A DNA stretch of 64,000 nucleotides from Balamuthia mandrillaris (taxonomy: Eukaryota). Every line of letters begins with the position of its first letter. The stretch's first letter is position 1. Location of the stretch: contig JAVKOQ020000101.1 of assembly GCA_031835245.2 (NCBI GenBank), forward strand, positions 62,001-126,000, given 5' to 3'. This document shows, piece after piece, positions 1 to 11,340 of this stretch. The notes beneath the pieces are model-generated. The model was not told where the DNA came from. It saw nothing but the letters and a program-made list of their open reading frames with translations, and searched no databases. The translations under genes were made by a program, and so were the position numbers.

Positions 1-548
1 TAACTGTTGTAACTTTTTCTCAAAAATGGCCACACTTCGTTTTAATTCTTCGTTGGACGTTTTGCTGTCTTCCAAATCCCTTTGTAGTGTTGTTGTAAAT
101 AGAGATAATGAGAAAAGAGAAAGAGAAGAGAATACAGATGAGAAAGAGCATAGGAAACCTGGCATAGCGAGCTCGTTCCTGTTTGATCACGTTGATGAGG
201 TTGACAAGCTTTGCCTCGAGATCGTTGGACTTGTTTTGGGCTTCTTGATACTGTGTTTGTAACTGTTGTATCACTTGTTTGGCCTTAAAGGAGAAAGAAA
301 TTACAGCAATCGAGCGAGAAAGAGAGAGAGAGTTTAGATTAGATTCACAGAAGGATAGCGGAGCTTGGTCACTGGCTGCCCAAGGATCAGCCAAAGGAAA
401 TGAAACTGAAAGAAAACGGATAAATACTTTTTGAACGGCTTCAGAACCTCCAGAAACAGCTGAAAGTTGTTCCTTGAGTTTATTCATATCTTCTTTAAGT
501 TGGGTCTGCAGTTTGTTGACTTGGAGATAAGTAACTTTCGAAGAGAAT

Positions 549-584
<36 letters not shown>

Positions 585-1579
585 CGAAAGAGAAACGAAA
601 CGACGAAAGCGAACCTCTTTTGTTTGTGCTTCTTTTAACTGCTGTTGTAATTTTTCAAACTGAGGCTGGTTAGCTTGCAATTTCTCGGTTTGTTCTCTCT
701 CAGCTCGAAGAGCATCCGCCAACTTTCGCAGATTTGCTTCCAACAGTTTTATCCTAGATAAAGTGGAAATATGATAATTATGATAAGCAGACGAAGGTGA
801 GTAACAGGACAAGAAACAACAACCAACCTTTCTTGAGCAACCGCAGCTGCTTGCTTGTGCTCTTGGGCTTCTTTCTTGGCTTGTTCGATGCCTTGTTGTG
901 CTTCTATCAAGGCCTCTGTTGCAACAAACGCAAGGTACAAAGAAGAGCGATTATTTCACCATAAAACCGATAAAACACAAGTATACAGACCATTATTCAA
1001 AGAGTTGGTAGAGGTTGGACTTGGTAGGTCTGATGCCGTCTGTGAGGCGCAGCGTTACTTCCAGGATCATAGAGAGAAAGAGAGAGAAAGAGGGTTTACC
1101 AATCTACGAGAACGATCCGCGCGAACCACTTCGATCAATTTCAACAGCTTCGCTTCCAGCTGGTTGCATCGCTGTTCCGTTTGGTCTTTCTCCTCTTCCA
1201 ACTCCTTGTAGCTCTACATTCATTCGTGGTGGCATAGACGTTAAGGTGCTAAGTAACTCTCTTTCTTTTCCAATTGTTTGTTTGTTAAAAAAAACGTACA
1301 GCTTCTTGCAAGGCTCTTTCTTCTTTGATAGCCTCTATGAACTTGGCCAGCCTCTCTTTCAGCACTTCGACCTCCTTCTCCGCTTTATTGCAGCGAGCCC
1401 GAAGTTGGTCCAATGAAGGTTCCTTTGTTATTTATTTATTTTTTTTTTGGGAGGATTTTTTAGAAAAACAAAAAAAATAAAGTGGTCTTGGTTGTGCTTA
1501 CCTCCGAAGACTCATGCTCAGCGATGAACCTGTCCAAGTCGTCCCAAGGAGAACCCTTGGTACTGTCGTGTCGGCTCAT
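1..1579 (-). CDS. Multi-exon long coiled-coil protein, truncated at the window edge
   Basis: ATG at 1579 (MSRHDSTKGSPWDDLDRFIAEHESSE, followed by a gtaagc donor). Successive E/Q/K-rich heptad exons (ALIEAQQGIEQAKKEAQEHK, LLEANLRKLADALRAERE) are separated by GT-AG introns. Confidence 0.6.
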
Positions 1580-2033
1580 CTTCTTTCGTTGTTTCTTTTA
1601 CTTTATTTTTTTGCTGTTGACTATTTCTGTCGACATTTATATTAAAATAGCTTCGGTTCGACGCTTGGCACAAGCACAATTTTTATTTTATTTTAAGATT
1701 TGGAATTGTCGGATCGACTCCCGACAGGTGCAATTTGTGTGGCACCGAGCCGTTGTGTAATGTTTCTGAAGGAATGGGTTTACATTCTTTCTGATAGGTT
1801 TGGGGATCCTTTCACCTTTATTTTACCGTCTCGGAACTTTTCCAGGTATTTGTTATAATGGATTAAACTTTGTTATTGTGAATTCAGGTTGTCGAACAAT
1901 AGCACAACACACACCGTTGTGGGACTATCCATGAGGAGAAAAAGAGAGACCAGAAGATTGCGGATGTGAGACAGAGACGCGTTGAGAATTTGGTTTAAAC
2001 TTACGGTAACAGAACAAAACTAGACAGAAAACA

Positions 2034-2423
2034 ATGAGGAGCAAACACCGTGGTGGCGCGACGCACGTTACCTCCAGCCAACTCTTCCGCTTGGACGTGA
2101 ATTTTACGGAGAAACTGCCTCACGGGCCCTACCTGGAGCAAGGGCAAGGCCCGACCCATTTCGTTCTCTACGTCCTGCCCACGGCCACCGTAGGGGACGT
2201 TCACTCCGTGTTTTACCGGTTCTTCGATGAGACCATCCAAAGGCAACAGGAGGGAATGCCCAGAGTGGCAAAGGTGAAGGTAAAGATGAGAATCTTGGAG
2301 ACAAAGTGCAAAGGCGGGGCGGTGACGGAGGGAGAGAAGTTGCAGGACCTGTTGGAGTCGGGAGAAGCCCTCTCGTTGACAGTGCGACAGACAGCAGCAG
2401 TGGGGTGTTGTACACTGTTCTGA
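2034..2423 (+). CDS. Small ubiquitin-fold-like protein with C-terminal CaaX (MUB/UBL3-like architecture)
   Basis: Intronless 129-aa ORF. Beta-grasp-like pattern FRLDV...FVLYVLPTATVGDV...KMRIL...GEKLQDLLESGEALSLTV. Ends GCCTLF. Confidence 0.55.
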   Translation: MRSKHRGGATHVTSSQLFRLDVNFTEKLPHGPYLEQGQGPTHFVLYVLPTATVGDVHSVFYRFFDETIQRQQEGMPRVAKVKVKMRILETKCKGGAVTEGEKLQDLLESGEALSLTVRQTAAVGCCTLF

Positions 2424-2935
2424 ACTCATCCTTGTTTGTTGCTTCACTTGTTTTTAAAATTTGTTTTTCCTGGAAAACCAGTTAAACCAATAAATAACTT
2501 CAGTTTTCCTCTTGCTGATTCTTGTTGTCCCGATGAAAGGGCAAAATAATTCTCGGAGTTTCTTGGTCTTCGAGATACCCTCCGAGAGAGAGGATGAAAG
2601 TGATTCGGTACGCAAGTTTCACAGTCACTCCATCGAGTTTTGACACTTTGTGATGGAAAGCGCGTGAGGAAGGACCATAAGAGGACAGTGGTGAGGTCGA
2701 ACTCAAGTTGGGCTGCAACTTTCTTGCCATAATCCGAGACAGACGTACTGTACGTGGAAGGGTTCACAAGACCTTAATCTCAACGGATACGACCCTGGAC
2801 CGGGAACGAACGGTAGCCAAGTAAAATGAGGGTTTAAGAAGCAAAACAGAAATCCACATTGTAAAATTACTCACGTGTCCGCCAACGATTAATTGTCTCA
2901 TCAATATAGGAGCAGAAACCACAAACAAAAAAGTG

Positions 2936-4216
2936 ATGGAAGAAGAACAGGTGCCTCCACAAGGAAACAAACGGAAGCACACATTTTTGGGTTCGGAGGA
3001 GAACTCGGAAGATGCTTCTCCGCACAAGGGGCAGCGACCAACAAAGCTGCCCCGCTCGGAGCAAGGCGGAGCGACCCACCAAGCAGACACACCTCCCACC
3101 ACCACACCAGCAGCACAACAAGAACAAGAACAAGAAGAGGAAGAAGAAAAAGCGGAAGCAAAAGAGCAGGAAGAAGAGGAGTTTCGTTTGAAGAGGGTGT
3201 GCTTCTGCCCATTGGTCAAGCGCACACAGAAGTTCCCTGGATGGCCACACTACCACGTCAGCACAAAGCTCTCGGACGACGGCATTCGACGTTATGTCTA
3301 TGGAGAACGGTACCCGTGGGAGGACCAAACTCTTGTTTCGCCGACAGGGCTCTCCAAGTTTGGGGGAAACCGTCCCTTCTTGCCAGAAGGAGAGGAGTGG
3401 CCCAAGTGCAAGAGCTGTGGTGTTCCTCTGGAATTCGTGTTTCAACTGCACACAAGGGACCTGCCACCAAGCCTCAAGCAAGGGGAAGAGGAGGACCCTT
3501 TTCTGAGTCGAGCTTTGGGGGAGCGTTTGCACCGTGATGACCTGGTGTTGCAATGCTTCAAGTTTTGCGAGAACCATGTTAGCAAGACAAGCGTGGTGCG
3601 TTGGGTGTGGGCTCCGGTGAGGCCAGTCTTTCCCAATCTCAAATGGAGAGCTGCAGAGGCTGTGTTGACCCTTCGTCAACACCCAGAGAAAGAGAAGGAG
3701 AAAGAGACCGTGGAGGAGAAGAAGGTGGAGGAGGAAGAAGAAGCAGAGGAAGAGGAAAAGGAACAAAAAGAACGGTTCTCGGAGACAGGTTCACCGGCGT
3801 TGCGTGAAGCACTGCCGCAAGACCTGATGGAATTCATTTCCGTGGTGAAACAAACGCTCCCGAACACCAATCAGCAACCACCGAAGAACCGCAGGATGGG
3901 GCACAACGAGGAAACAGTGGTTGGATGGAGCAGGTGTGAGGACACACCTGGTGATGATGCTGACGAGGTGGAAAACAGGTTGGGCCGAGAGATGACCGCT
4001 GAAGAAGTGGCCCTCCCCTCTGTGACCTGCACCTTCAAGCTTGGCGGCTGGATGGCGGTACCTTTTTGCGAAGACTCCTTGGACCCTGAGCCTTGTTGTC
4101 AAGAGTTTGTGTCCTTCATTGATGTTTTTGGCATTGGCCTCCAGGATAACTCCTATCAGTTCATTGGGCAATGCAATCTGCACGACCAACAAGTGCTGGG
4201 CTTCGTCTGGCACTAA
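2936..4216 (+). CDS. YwqG/DUF1963-like (PDCD2_C-related) protein, tandem copy 1
   Basis: Intronless. Motifs SKFGGNRPFLPEGEEWPKCKSCGVPLEFVFQL and FKLGGW; acidic low-complexity N-terminus. Confidence 0.65.
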   Translation: MEEEQVPPQGNKRKHTFLGSEENSEDASPHKGQRPTKLPRSEQGGATHQADTPPTTTPAAQQEQEQEEEEEKAEAKEQEEEEFRLKRVCFCPLVKRTQKFPGWPHYHVSTKLSDDGIRRYVYGERYPWEDQTLVSPTGLSKFGGNRPFLPEGEEWPKCKSCGVPLEFVFQLHTRDLPPSLKQGEEEDPFLSRALGERLHRDDLVLQCFKFCENHVSKTSVVRWVWAPVRPVFPNLKWRAAEAVLTLRQHPEKEKEKETVEEKKVEEEEEAEEEEKEQKERFSETGSPALREALPQDLMEFISVVKQTLPNTNQQPPKNRRMGHNEETVVGWSRCEDTPGDDADEVENRLGREMTAEEVALPSVTCTFKLGGWMAVPFCEDSLDPEPCCQEFVSFIDVFGIGLQDNSYQFIGQCNLHDQQVLGFVWH

Positions 4217-4505
4217 GTCCGATTGTCTCTGTCAACTATCTTCTTTGTTGTCTTCTGCAAATAAAAAGTTATTGAACGCCGATGTTGATGCCCATGCTCT
4301 TTTATATTTTGATGAATACTCATGAGTAGATGATTCACCAGTGGTTAAAGAGTGAGAGGGAGAGTAGAAAACTAGAGAGATCCTCCTCCGTTGCTGGCAA
4401 CACCTCCTAATGTTGCGGGATTGGTATGTTGCTGCTTGTATTGTAATTCATTAGTGTCACCATCAAAAGAGGAGCAGAGCTACCAAAACCACAAAAAAAA
4501 AAGTG

Positions 4506-5795
4506 ATGGAAGAAGAACAGGTGCCTCCACAAGGAAACAAACGGAAGCACACATTTTTGGGTTCGGAGGAGAACTCGGAAGATGCTTCTCCGCACAAGGG
4601 GCAGCGACCAACAAAGCTGCCCCGCTCGGAGCAAGGCGGAGCGACCCACCAAGCAGACACACCTCCCACCACCACACCAGCAGCACAACAAGAACAAGAA
4701 CAAGAAGAGGAAGAAGAAAAAGCGGAAGCAAAAGAGCAGGAAGAAGAGGAGTTTCGTTTGAAGAGGGTGTGCTTCTGCCCATTGGTCAAGCGCACACAGA
4801 AGTTCCCTGATGGGCAACACCACCTCAGCACAAAGCTCTCGGACGACGGCATTCGACGTTATATCTGGGAAAAAAAATGGCCACCGAAGGACACACCTCT
4901 TGTTTCGCCGACAGGGCTCTCCAAGCTTGGGGGAAACTGTCCCTTCTTGCCAGAAGGAGAGGAGTGGCCCAAGTGCAAGAGCTGCGGTGTTCCCCTGGAA
5001 TTCGTGTTTCAACTGCACACAAGGGACCTGCCGCCAAGCCTCAAGCAAGGGGAAGAGGAGGACCCTTTTCTGAGTCGAGCTTTGGGGGAGCGTTTGCACC
5101 GTGATGACCTGTTGTTGCAGTGCTTCAAGTTTTGCGAGAATGATGATGAGTGCAAAGGGGCTTATGCTAGTGAGACAAGCGTGGTGCGTTGGGTGTGGGC
5201 TCCGGTGAGGCCAGTCTTTCCCAATCTCAAATGGAGAGCCGCAGAGGCTGTGTTGACCTTTCGTCAACAAACAGAAAAAGCGAAGGAGAACGTGGAGGAG
5301 AAGAAGGTGGAGGAAGAGAAAGAGGAAGAGGAACAAAAAGAACGGTTCCCAAAATCAAAAGCGACAGGTTCACCGGCGTTGCATGAAGTGCTGCCGCAAG
5401 ACCTGATGGAGTTCATTTCCGTGGTGAAACAAACGCTTCCGAACATCAATCAGCAACCACCGAAGAACCTCAGAGTGGAGTACAACGAGGACACGGTGGT
5501 TGGATGGAGCAGGTGTGAGGACAGACCTGGTAATGGCGACAAAGAGGTGGAAAACAGGTTGGGCCGAAAGATGATTGCTGAAGAAAAGGCCCTCCCCTGT
5601 GTGAACAGCACCTTCAAGCTTGGCGGCTGGATGGAGTTTCCTTTTTGTGAAGACTCCTTGGTCCCTGAGCCTTGTTGCGAGGAGTTTGTATGCTTCGCTG
5701 ATATTTGTGGCATGTGCCTCCTGGATAACTCCTGTCAGTTCATTGGGCAATGCAATACGCATAACCAACAAGTGATGGGCTTCGTCTGGCACTAA
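4506..5795 (+). CDS. YwqG/DUF1963-like protein, tandem copy 2
   Basis: Paralogue of 2936-4216 at an offset of 1570 bp, with the same motifs (SKLGGNCPFLPEGEEWPKCKSCG, FKLGGW). Confidence 0.65.
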   Translation: MEEEQVPPQGNKRKHTFLGSEENSEDASPHKGQRPTKLPRSEQGGATHQADTPPTTTPAAQQEQEQEEEEEKAEAKEQEEEEFRLKRVCFCPLVKRTQKFPDGQHHLSTKLSDDGIRRYIWEKKWPPKDTPLVSPTGLSKLGGNCPFLPEGEEWPKCKSCGVPLEFVFQLHTRDLPPSLKQGEEEDPFLSRALGERLHRDDLLLQCFKFCENDDECKGAYASETSVVRWVWAPVRPVFPNLKWRAAEAVLTFRQQTEKAKENVEEKKVEEEKEEEEQKERFPKSKATGSPALHEVLPQDLMEFISVVKQTLPNINQQPPKNLRVEYNEDTVVGWSRCEDRPGNGDKEVENRLGRKMIAEEKALPCVNSTFKLGGWMEFPFCEDSLVPEPCCEEFVCFADICGMCLLDNSCQFIGQCNTHNQQVMGFVWH

Positions 5796-6032
5796 GCCAA
5801 GATGATAAAGTGGAAGAGAAAGTTGGTGTCAACGTGGAAGACGAATAATACATAGCATAAGAGGTCTATCGATATTTCTGAAAAAATAGTAAATACTTTT
5901 GCAATTGTTGTCGATAAGATCAGCTTTCATTGGATACTATTTTTGGAATTTAATAATAGAATTATAAGCAAAACAACAGAATAAAAGAAAAGGACGATAG
6001 AAGCAGCTGAAGCCAAAGGACATCCCATCAAA

Positions 6033-6774
6033 ATGAAAGCAGATACGCCGGAGCTCCGCGTCATATTACTTGGAGAAGGAGGTGTCGGGAAAAGCTCTTT
6101 GGCCATTCGCTACATCTCCAACATGTGGGTGGAAGAATATGGTTCGTTACCTCTTTCTCGCTTGGCTCTTTCTTTCTTATTTTTTCTTTCTTTCTCTCTT
6201 TTTCTTTCTTTCTCTCTTTCTTTCTCTTTCTCTTTCTCTTTCTTTTCTCTCTTTTTCTTTCTTTCTTTCTCTCTTTCTTATCTCTTCCTCTTTCCTTGCA
6301 GATCCTACCATTGAAGACTGGTACCGGAAAATCATTACCATCGAAGAGAAGCCCTACCTGCTAGATATCTTAGACACCGCAGGGCCAGAAAGTTTTGATG
6401 CAATGTACGACGCTGGCATCAGACGATCCCAAGGTTTCCTCCTGGTCTTCGCCATCGACAACGCACAAACCGTTGAGAAAGCGTTCACCTACATGGATCG
6501 CATCGAGCTGGTCCATGACAAACCGCTCAACGAGATGCCGGTAGTTTTGGTGGCCACCAAAGGGGATCTGGCCCCTCAAGTGTCCTGCCCTGAGGTGGTT
6601 GCCAGAGCGAGAGGCAGAAGCCCGTTGATGCCCTTCGTTGAGACGAGCGCCAAGATAGATAAGAACGTGACTGAGGTGTTTGAGACGCTGGCCCGGCTGA
6701 TGATTGATATGAATGTGCCGTTGACGTCAGGCAAACGGAAGCATAGGAAAGACAATCGGTGTGTGCTCTCTTGA
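6033..6774 (+). CDS. Ras-family small GTPase (one intron, 6142-6301)
   Basis: G1 GEGGVGKS; spliced effector loop EYDPTIEDWY; G3 DTAGP; G4 TKGD; G5 ETSAK; basic tail plus CaaX CVLS. Confidence 0.92.
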
Positions 6775-6889
6775 AGAGGGAGCCAAGCTTTGTTGGAAGT
6801 GCTCGCACTGTGGTTGCTTCCCTATGTTTGCTTCTCAAGCCTCTGTAAAGCCAATGTTTTTTCATTGGAGGTAACGAAAAGAACTAACA

Positions 6890-7262
6890 GTACAAAATAA
6901 CAAGAGAGGATATGGATCAGACCATGTATGACAGTAACATTAGACAATCTCGGGGTTTCCTTCTCCTCTTCGCCGTTGATAACGAACAATTCGTGGAGAC
7001 AATGTTTATTACACGAATCGCATTGAGACAATCCAGGGCAAACCGCTCAAAGAGATCCGGTGGTGTTGGCGACCTCCAAATGGGATCTGGCCTCTCAACT
7101 GTCCTATGCTGAGGTGACGGCCAGAGCAAGGAGACGAGCACAAAGGTGGAAATGAACGTGACGAAGTGTTTGAGACGCTGGCGAGATAGATTTATTGATA
7201 TGAATGTACCATTGACGTCAAGCAAACGGAAGCCTAGGAAAGAAAATTCTATGCGTTCTGTC
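6890..7262 (+). pseudogene. Degraded partial duplicate of the adjacent Ras gene
   Basis: MYDSNIRQSRGFLLLFAVDN mirrors MYDAGIRRSQGFLLVFAIDN. FIDMNVPLTSSKRKPRKEN mirrors the Ras C-terminus but lies in a different frame. No G1 region and no CaaX. Confidence 0.8.
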
Positions 7263-7453
7263 CCGGGGAATAAACTGGAAAAGAAGTTTGTTTTGGCAAG
7301 CATAAAGCCAAAGAAGAATCGAAACTACACATCCATCTCACGCTTATTGCTATGCGAAGTCGGCATAACATTCCAGAAATTTTTGTCATGTTTATCAATA
7401 ATTAATTTTCATTTTTATTACAATCAACAAAAAAAAAACAGAACAGTAACACA

Positions 7454-7762
7454 ATGGAGAACGTGAACGTCAAGGCCGTTGTCTACGCTCTCTACGACGG
7501 CTTCACCTATGTGACCGGCCTCTACGCCCTGTTGCTCTGGCAAAGCCAACTGCGCATCGGCCTCTACCGCAGCGAGCCCTGCCGCAAGCTCTTGGGCTAC
7601 CTCGAGAAAGTCACCGAGCCGGCCCTCTCTCATTGCCGCAACATTCTCCAGCAGATTGGATTTCGCGAGGTGGCTGGGCTGGACCTCTCTCCAGTGGTGT
7701 TGATGGCTTTGCTTTACCTGGGAAAGCTTTACGCCCTTCCATTTATCTTCTCTTATTTCTGA
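7454..7762 (+). CDS. YggT/YlmG-family small membrane protein
   Basis: Intronless 102 aa with two hydrophobic segments and the family-like motif LEKVTEPALSHCRNIL...AGLDLSPVVL. Confidence 0.65.
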   Translation: MENVNVKAVVYALYDGFTYVTGLYALLLWQSQLRIGLYRSEPCRKLLGYLEKVTEPALSHCRNILQQIGFREVAGLDLSPVVLMALLYLGKLYALPFIFSYF

Positions 7763-7845
7763 AACAATAGCAATATTCTTTTGTAATGATCTTTTTTTTT
7801 TGAATTTAATTCTTTTTACATACTTTAAAATCTCTTATTATTTTG

Positions 7846-10253
7846 TTATCCAGCAGCAGCCTCTCTTTTCGGTGTGGCAGAAGCGGTTCTTCTTGTGGTA
7901 GTCGGTTTGCTCTTCTTTCTTTGTTGAAAGAAGACCAGGCTGGAAGAAGTGGAAGAGGAAGAAGTTGAACGCTTTTTCTGATCTTCTTCCGTTTCTTTTT
8001 CTTTCTCTTTTTCTTTCTCTTGTTCGTGTTCTGCTTCGTCTTCATCTTCGTCTAATGCGCGTGTGCCATCCATGCCAAACTCTTGTGTGAACCTATCGTA
8101 CACTTGTAGCTCTGACGCACTCACGCTTGGCTTTAGCCGTTGCAAAGCACCCAAAAAGTGGCTCTGTTTCGGGGAAGTGTTTTAACCCCAACAAAAACAC
8201 CAATAATGAGAAAGAGAGAAAGAAACGACAACAAAGAAGGATAAGGTACTTTATCGGTGGGAGGAACGACTAAGGTTTCGGGATCGAGGTCCATCATGTT
8301 CATGGGAATGGCCTGGTGGTCGGTTGGAGCACAAGGAGTCATGACTGGCCTTCCGCCTGAGGCCACTCCAACTTGTCGCCAATGTGTTGCTTTCAAACAA
8401 TCTCTTACTAATTATTTGGTTTGTGTTGTATCGTCGGTAAGCGAAGAAAAGTAGATGAAGAGTTGAAGAGAGATTTGTGGGGATAGTTACCTGGTTGCAT
8501 TAATGCTTCTTGACACAAAACAGCAATGTCGCTCCCAGAAAATCTGTCAAAGATCAAATAGTTTAACATAAAGAGAAAACTTTAGAAAGAAAAGAGTGAA
8601 TGTAAACATACCCTTCCGTCATGCTCGCGAATTGTTCCAAGTCAGTGGCTGTAACTTCTACGGGTTCATTTCCTACGTGCACTTTTTGAAAAGGGGCACA
8701 ACAGTCAAAATAAAATAAATAAAGAACAATAAAGAAAAGGGAACAAACGTTGGAAGAGATGTTGACGCGCAGGAACATCAGGCAAAGGAATGTAGATCCG
8801 CTTTTCGAACCGGCGCAACATGGCTGTATCCAAGTCATAAGGCCGATTGGTGGCAGCGATGACGAGCACTCCGTCTTTGTCTATCACGTTCTCTTGCATT
8901 CGCAACAAGAACTCGTTCTTCATGCGAGTGATAGCTTCATGATCACCTGATTCACGTTTGCCACAAATGGAATCTATCTCGTCTATAAATATGACTGTGT
9001 TTGTTGAGAGCATAAGTTAACAAAAAAGATGGAGAAGAAAAGAAGAAACAGAAGTAGAAAAAGAAGAAGAACAAGAACAAGCACAAGCACAAAAACAAGC
9101 AGAAAGGAAAGAAGAGATAAAATAGACTTGAATAGATGAGAAGAACATACCTGAAGGTTTTGTTTCTTGAGCCATTGCAAACAGTTCTTTCACTAGTCTA
9201 TTGAATAAGAAAAGCAAAGTTAGAAATTGCAGAAAGGTGTGATAAGAGATACGCGAGCATAAACAGAAGGAGAGAGACCTCTCAGCATCACCCATGTATT
9301 TCGATACCAGATCAGCCGAAGACACAGAGTAAAACCTAGCATTGGTCATGGAGGCCACCACTTTGGCCAGATGCGTTTTGCCAGTGCCGGGAGGCCCGTA
9401 CAAAAGTATGCCTTTCCATGGCTTTCGCTTCTCGGTGAAGAGCTGAGGAAACTTGTGCGGCAGCATGACCGCCTCTTCCAGCATCTGTTTGGCGGTTTGC
9501 AGGCCTGCCACATCGTTCCATGTGAGCTTTTCTTTGTGAACGAGAATGGTACTCTCTAGAGCTCGTCTAAGCTCTGCGTTGTGGCCTCTTTTATTGACGA
9601 AAAGCAAGAGCAAAGAATAATAAGCCGGATGAAAGAAGCAGAAGAAGAAGAAGAACAAGAAGAAGAACAAGAAGAAGAACAAGAAGAACAAGAAGAAGAA
9701 CGAGAACGAGAACGACAACAAAAAGAAGAACATAGAAAAGCTGCAGAAGCTGAAGCAGAGAGAAAACGAAAAGAAGAGGCAGAGGCAGAGGCACGAAGAA
9801 GAAAGAGGAACAGTACTCAGCAGGGGCAGGAACTGGCGCTTGCTTGGAGAACGACGAGGGAGCAGCGTCGTTTGTTTGCCTGTTGGCGGCAACAAGGGCT
9901 TTGAGCTGTTCCGATCTGTCCAAAAATTCTTTGACCTTGCGCCTCACCAACGCATTCACTTTTTTGTCTTTGGAGCCTATTGTCATGCAAAAAGAAGAGG
10001 AGAAGAAGAAGAACAACAACAAACAACAACAACAAGAAGAAGAAGAATGAAAGAAGAATGAAAAGATTACTATGTGATGCTTTGTTTCTTTTTTTTTCGT
10101 TTTCTCAAACGTACATCTTAATCCAGCCAAAAAGTATTCTATGGCGTCAACATAGGAGGAAAGGGCGTCCTTGAACCTGTCCTGGTGGTCCAACGCGTTC
10201 GCCTCGGCGGCTTTGTCGATGCCCTTGGCAAAGAGGCTTGTTGCTTGCTGCAT
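7846..10253 (-). CDS. VPS4: Vps4-type AAA ATPase with N-terminal MIT domain (multi-exon)
   Basis: MIT helix segment (AAEANALDHQDRFKDALSSYVDAIEYF); WNDVAGL; Walker A GPPGTGKT; Walker B IFIDEID; SRH ATNRPYDLD...RRFEKRIYIPLP; Vps4_C (TPCAP, LKPSVS...YDRFTQEFG). Confidence 0.88.
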
Positions 10254-11043
10254 TCTTCTTTTTATTGATATCTTTTTTTTTTTGGGCTTCATCGTCGAAA
10301 TTTCGGTTGATCCAATGGAATATCAAAAATTGTAGATTGATCAAAGATTAGAAAAAGTTTGAATTGCATTGGTGAATAATCTCCCAATGGAATATCAAAA
10401 TGTTGATCTGATAGTTGGAGATCGAGATCAACAGAGAAAGAAGAAAAGAAAAAAATCTGTAACGCGTTTGCGCTGTGGGGCATAGCGATGAGAAGAGAGG
10501 AAGCTCTTCGCCTTTCATTCGATGGACAACGAATTTACACGTTCCGCTCTTGGCCCCGTGGTGGGATGGATTTGCTTTCGCTAAGCAAGAGCGTGCGTGG
10601 GGCTTCAAAAAAAAAAACGTTTGAAGGCCTGACAAATAACACGCTATGGTGGAGAAGAAGGACTAGAGCATAGAGCTGGAAAGGAGAACGAGAGAAGAGA
10701 GAAGAAGGAGAACGAGAGACGAGAGAGCAGGAGATTGACATATCGGCAAAGAGTGAGAAGAGAAGAGAGAGATAGAGAGAGAATCGGCAAAGAGAGAGAG
10801 AGTACTCAAGAAAAAAAAGGGAAGAGAGAACGGGAGAAGGAGAGGAGAGCAGAAGATTGACAGAATAGACAAAGCGAGAACAAAGTAAGGGCGATGCAAC
10901 GAGAGAACAGAGCGAAGGCGTGTCATGCTTATCAATCTTCTCTTACTTTTCTCTCAGTTCTGCTTCCTGTTGCCTTTGAAATAGATAGACACGAGCCGCT
11001 TGTCAACGGAAGTCGAGCCGCAAACAGCTTAGACTAAGATGAT

Positions 11044-11075
11044 CACGTGGCACGTGACTATTGTCACCAACCAAT
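11044..11075. promoter_or_regulatory. Tandem CACGTG E-boxes plus CCAAT upstream of the heptad-repeat gene
   Basis: CACGTG at 11044-11049 and 11051-11056, CCAAT at 11071-11075, about 270 bp upstream of the ATG at 11341. Function is inferred only. Confidence 0.35.
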
Positions 11076-11340
11076 CACAAGAACTCTTTCATCTCTCTGC
11101 TCCAATTATCCCTTGCCACGCCAGCCCCAGCTCTGCATGTGAAAATTCCTATAGAACAGACCAACTCGAGCGGTAACGTTCACTCTGAATTTCTTTTCTT
11201 GAACCTCCTCCTCATTCCACTATTTATACATCGGTCTTGTTTGCTGTTTAGTCATCTCATCCTCAACACACTCTTCTATCCAACAAACAACAAACTACAA
11301 ACAACAAACAACAAACCCAAGGAGGAAGACCAGGAGCATC

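Noticed and set aside
2444..2900. Short minus-strand ORFs between the ubiquitin-like gene and the tandem pair
   Set aside because: No recognisable motif or splice pattern to support a gene.
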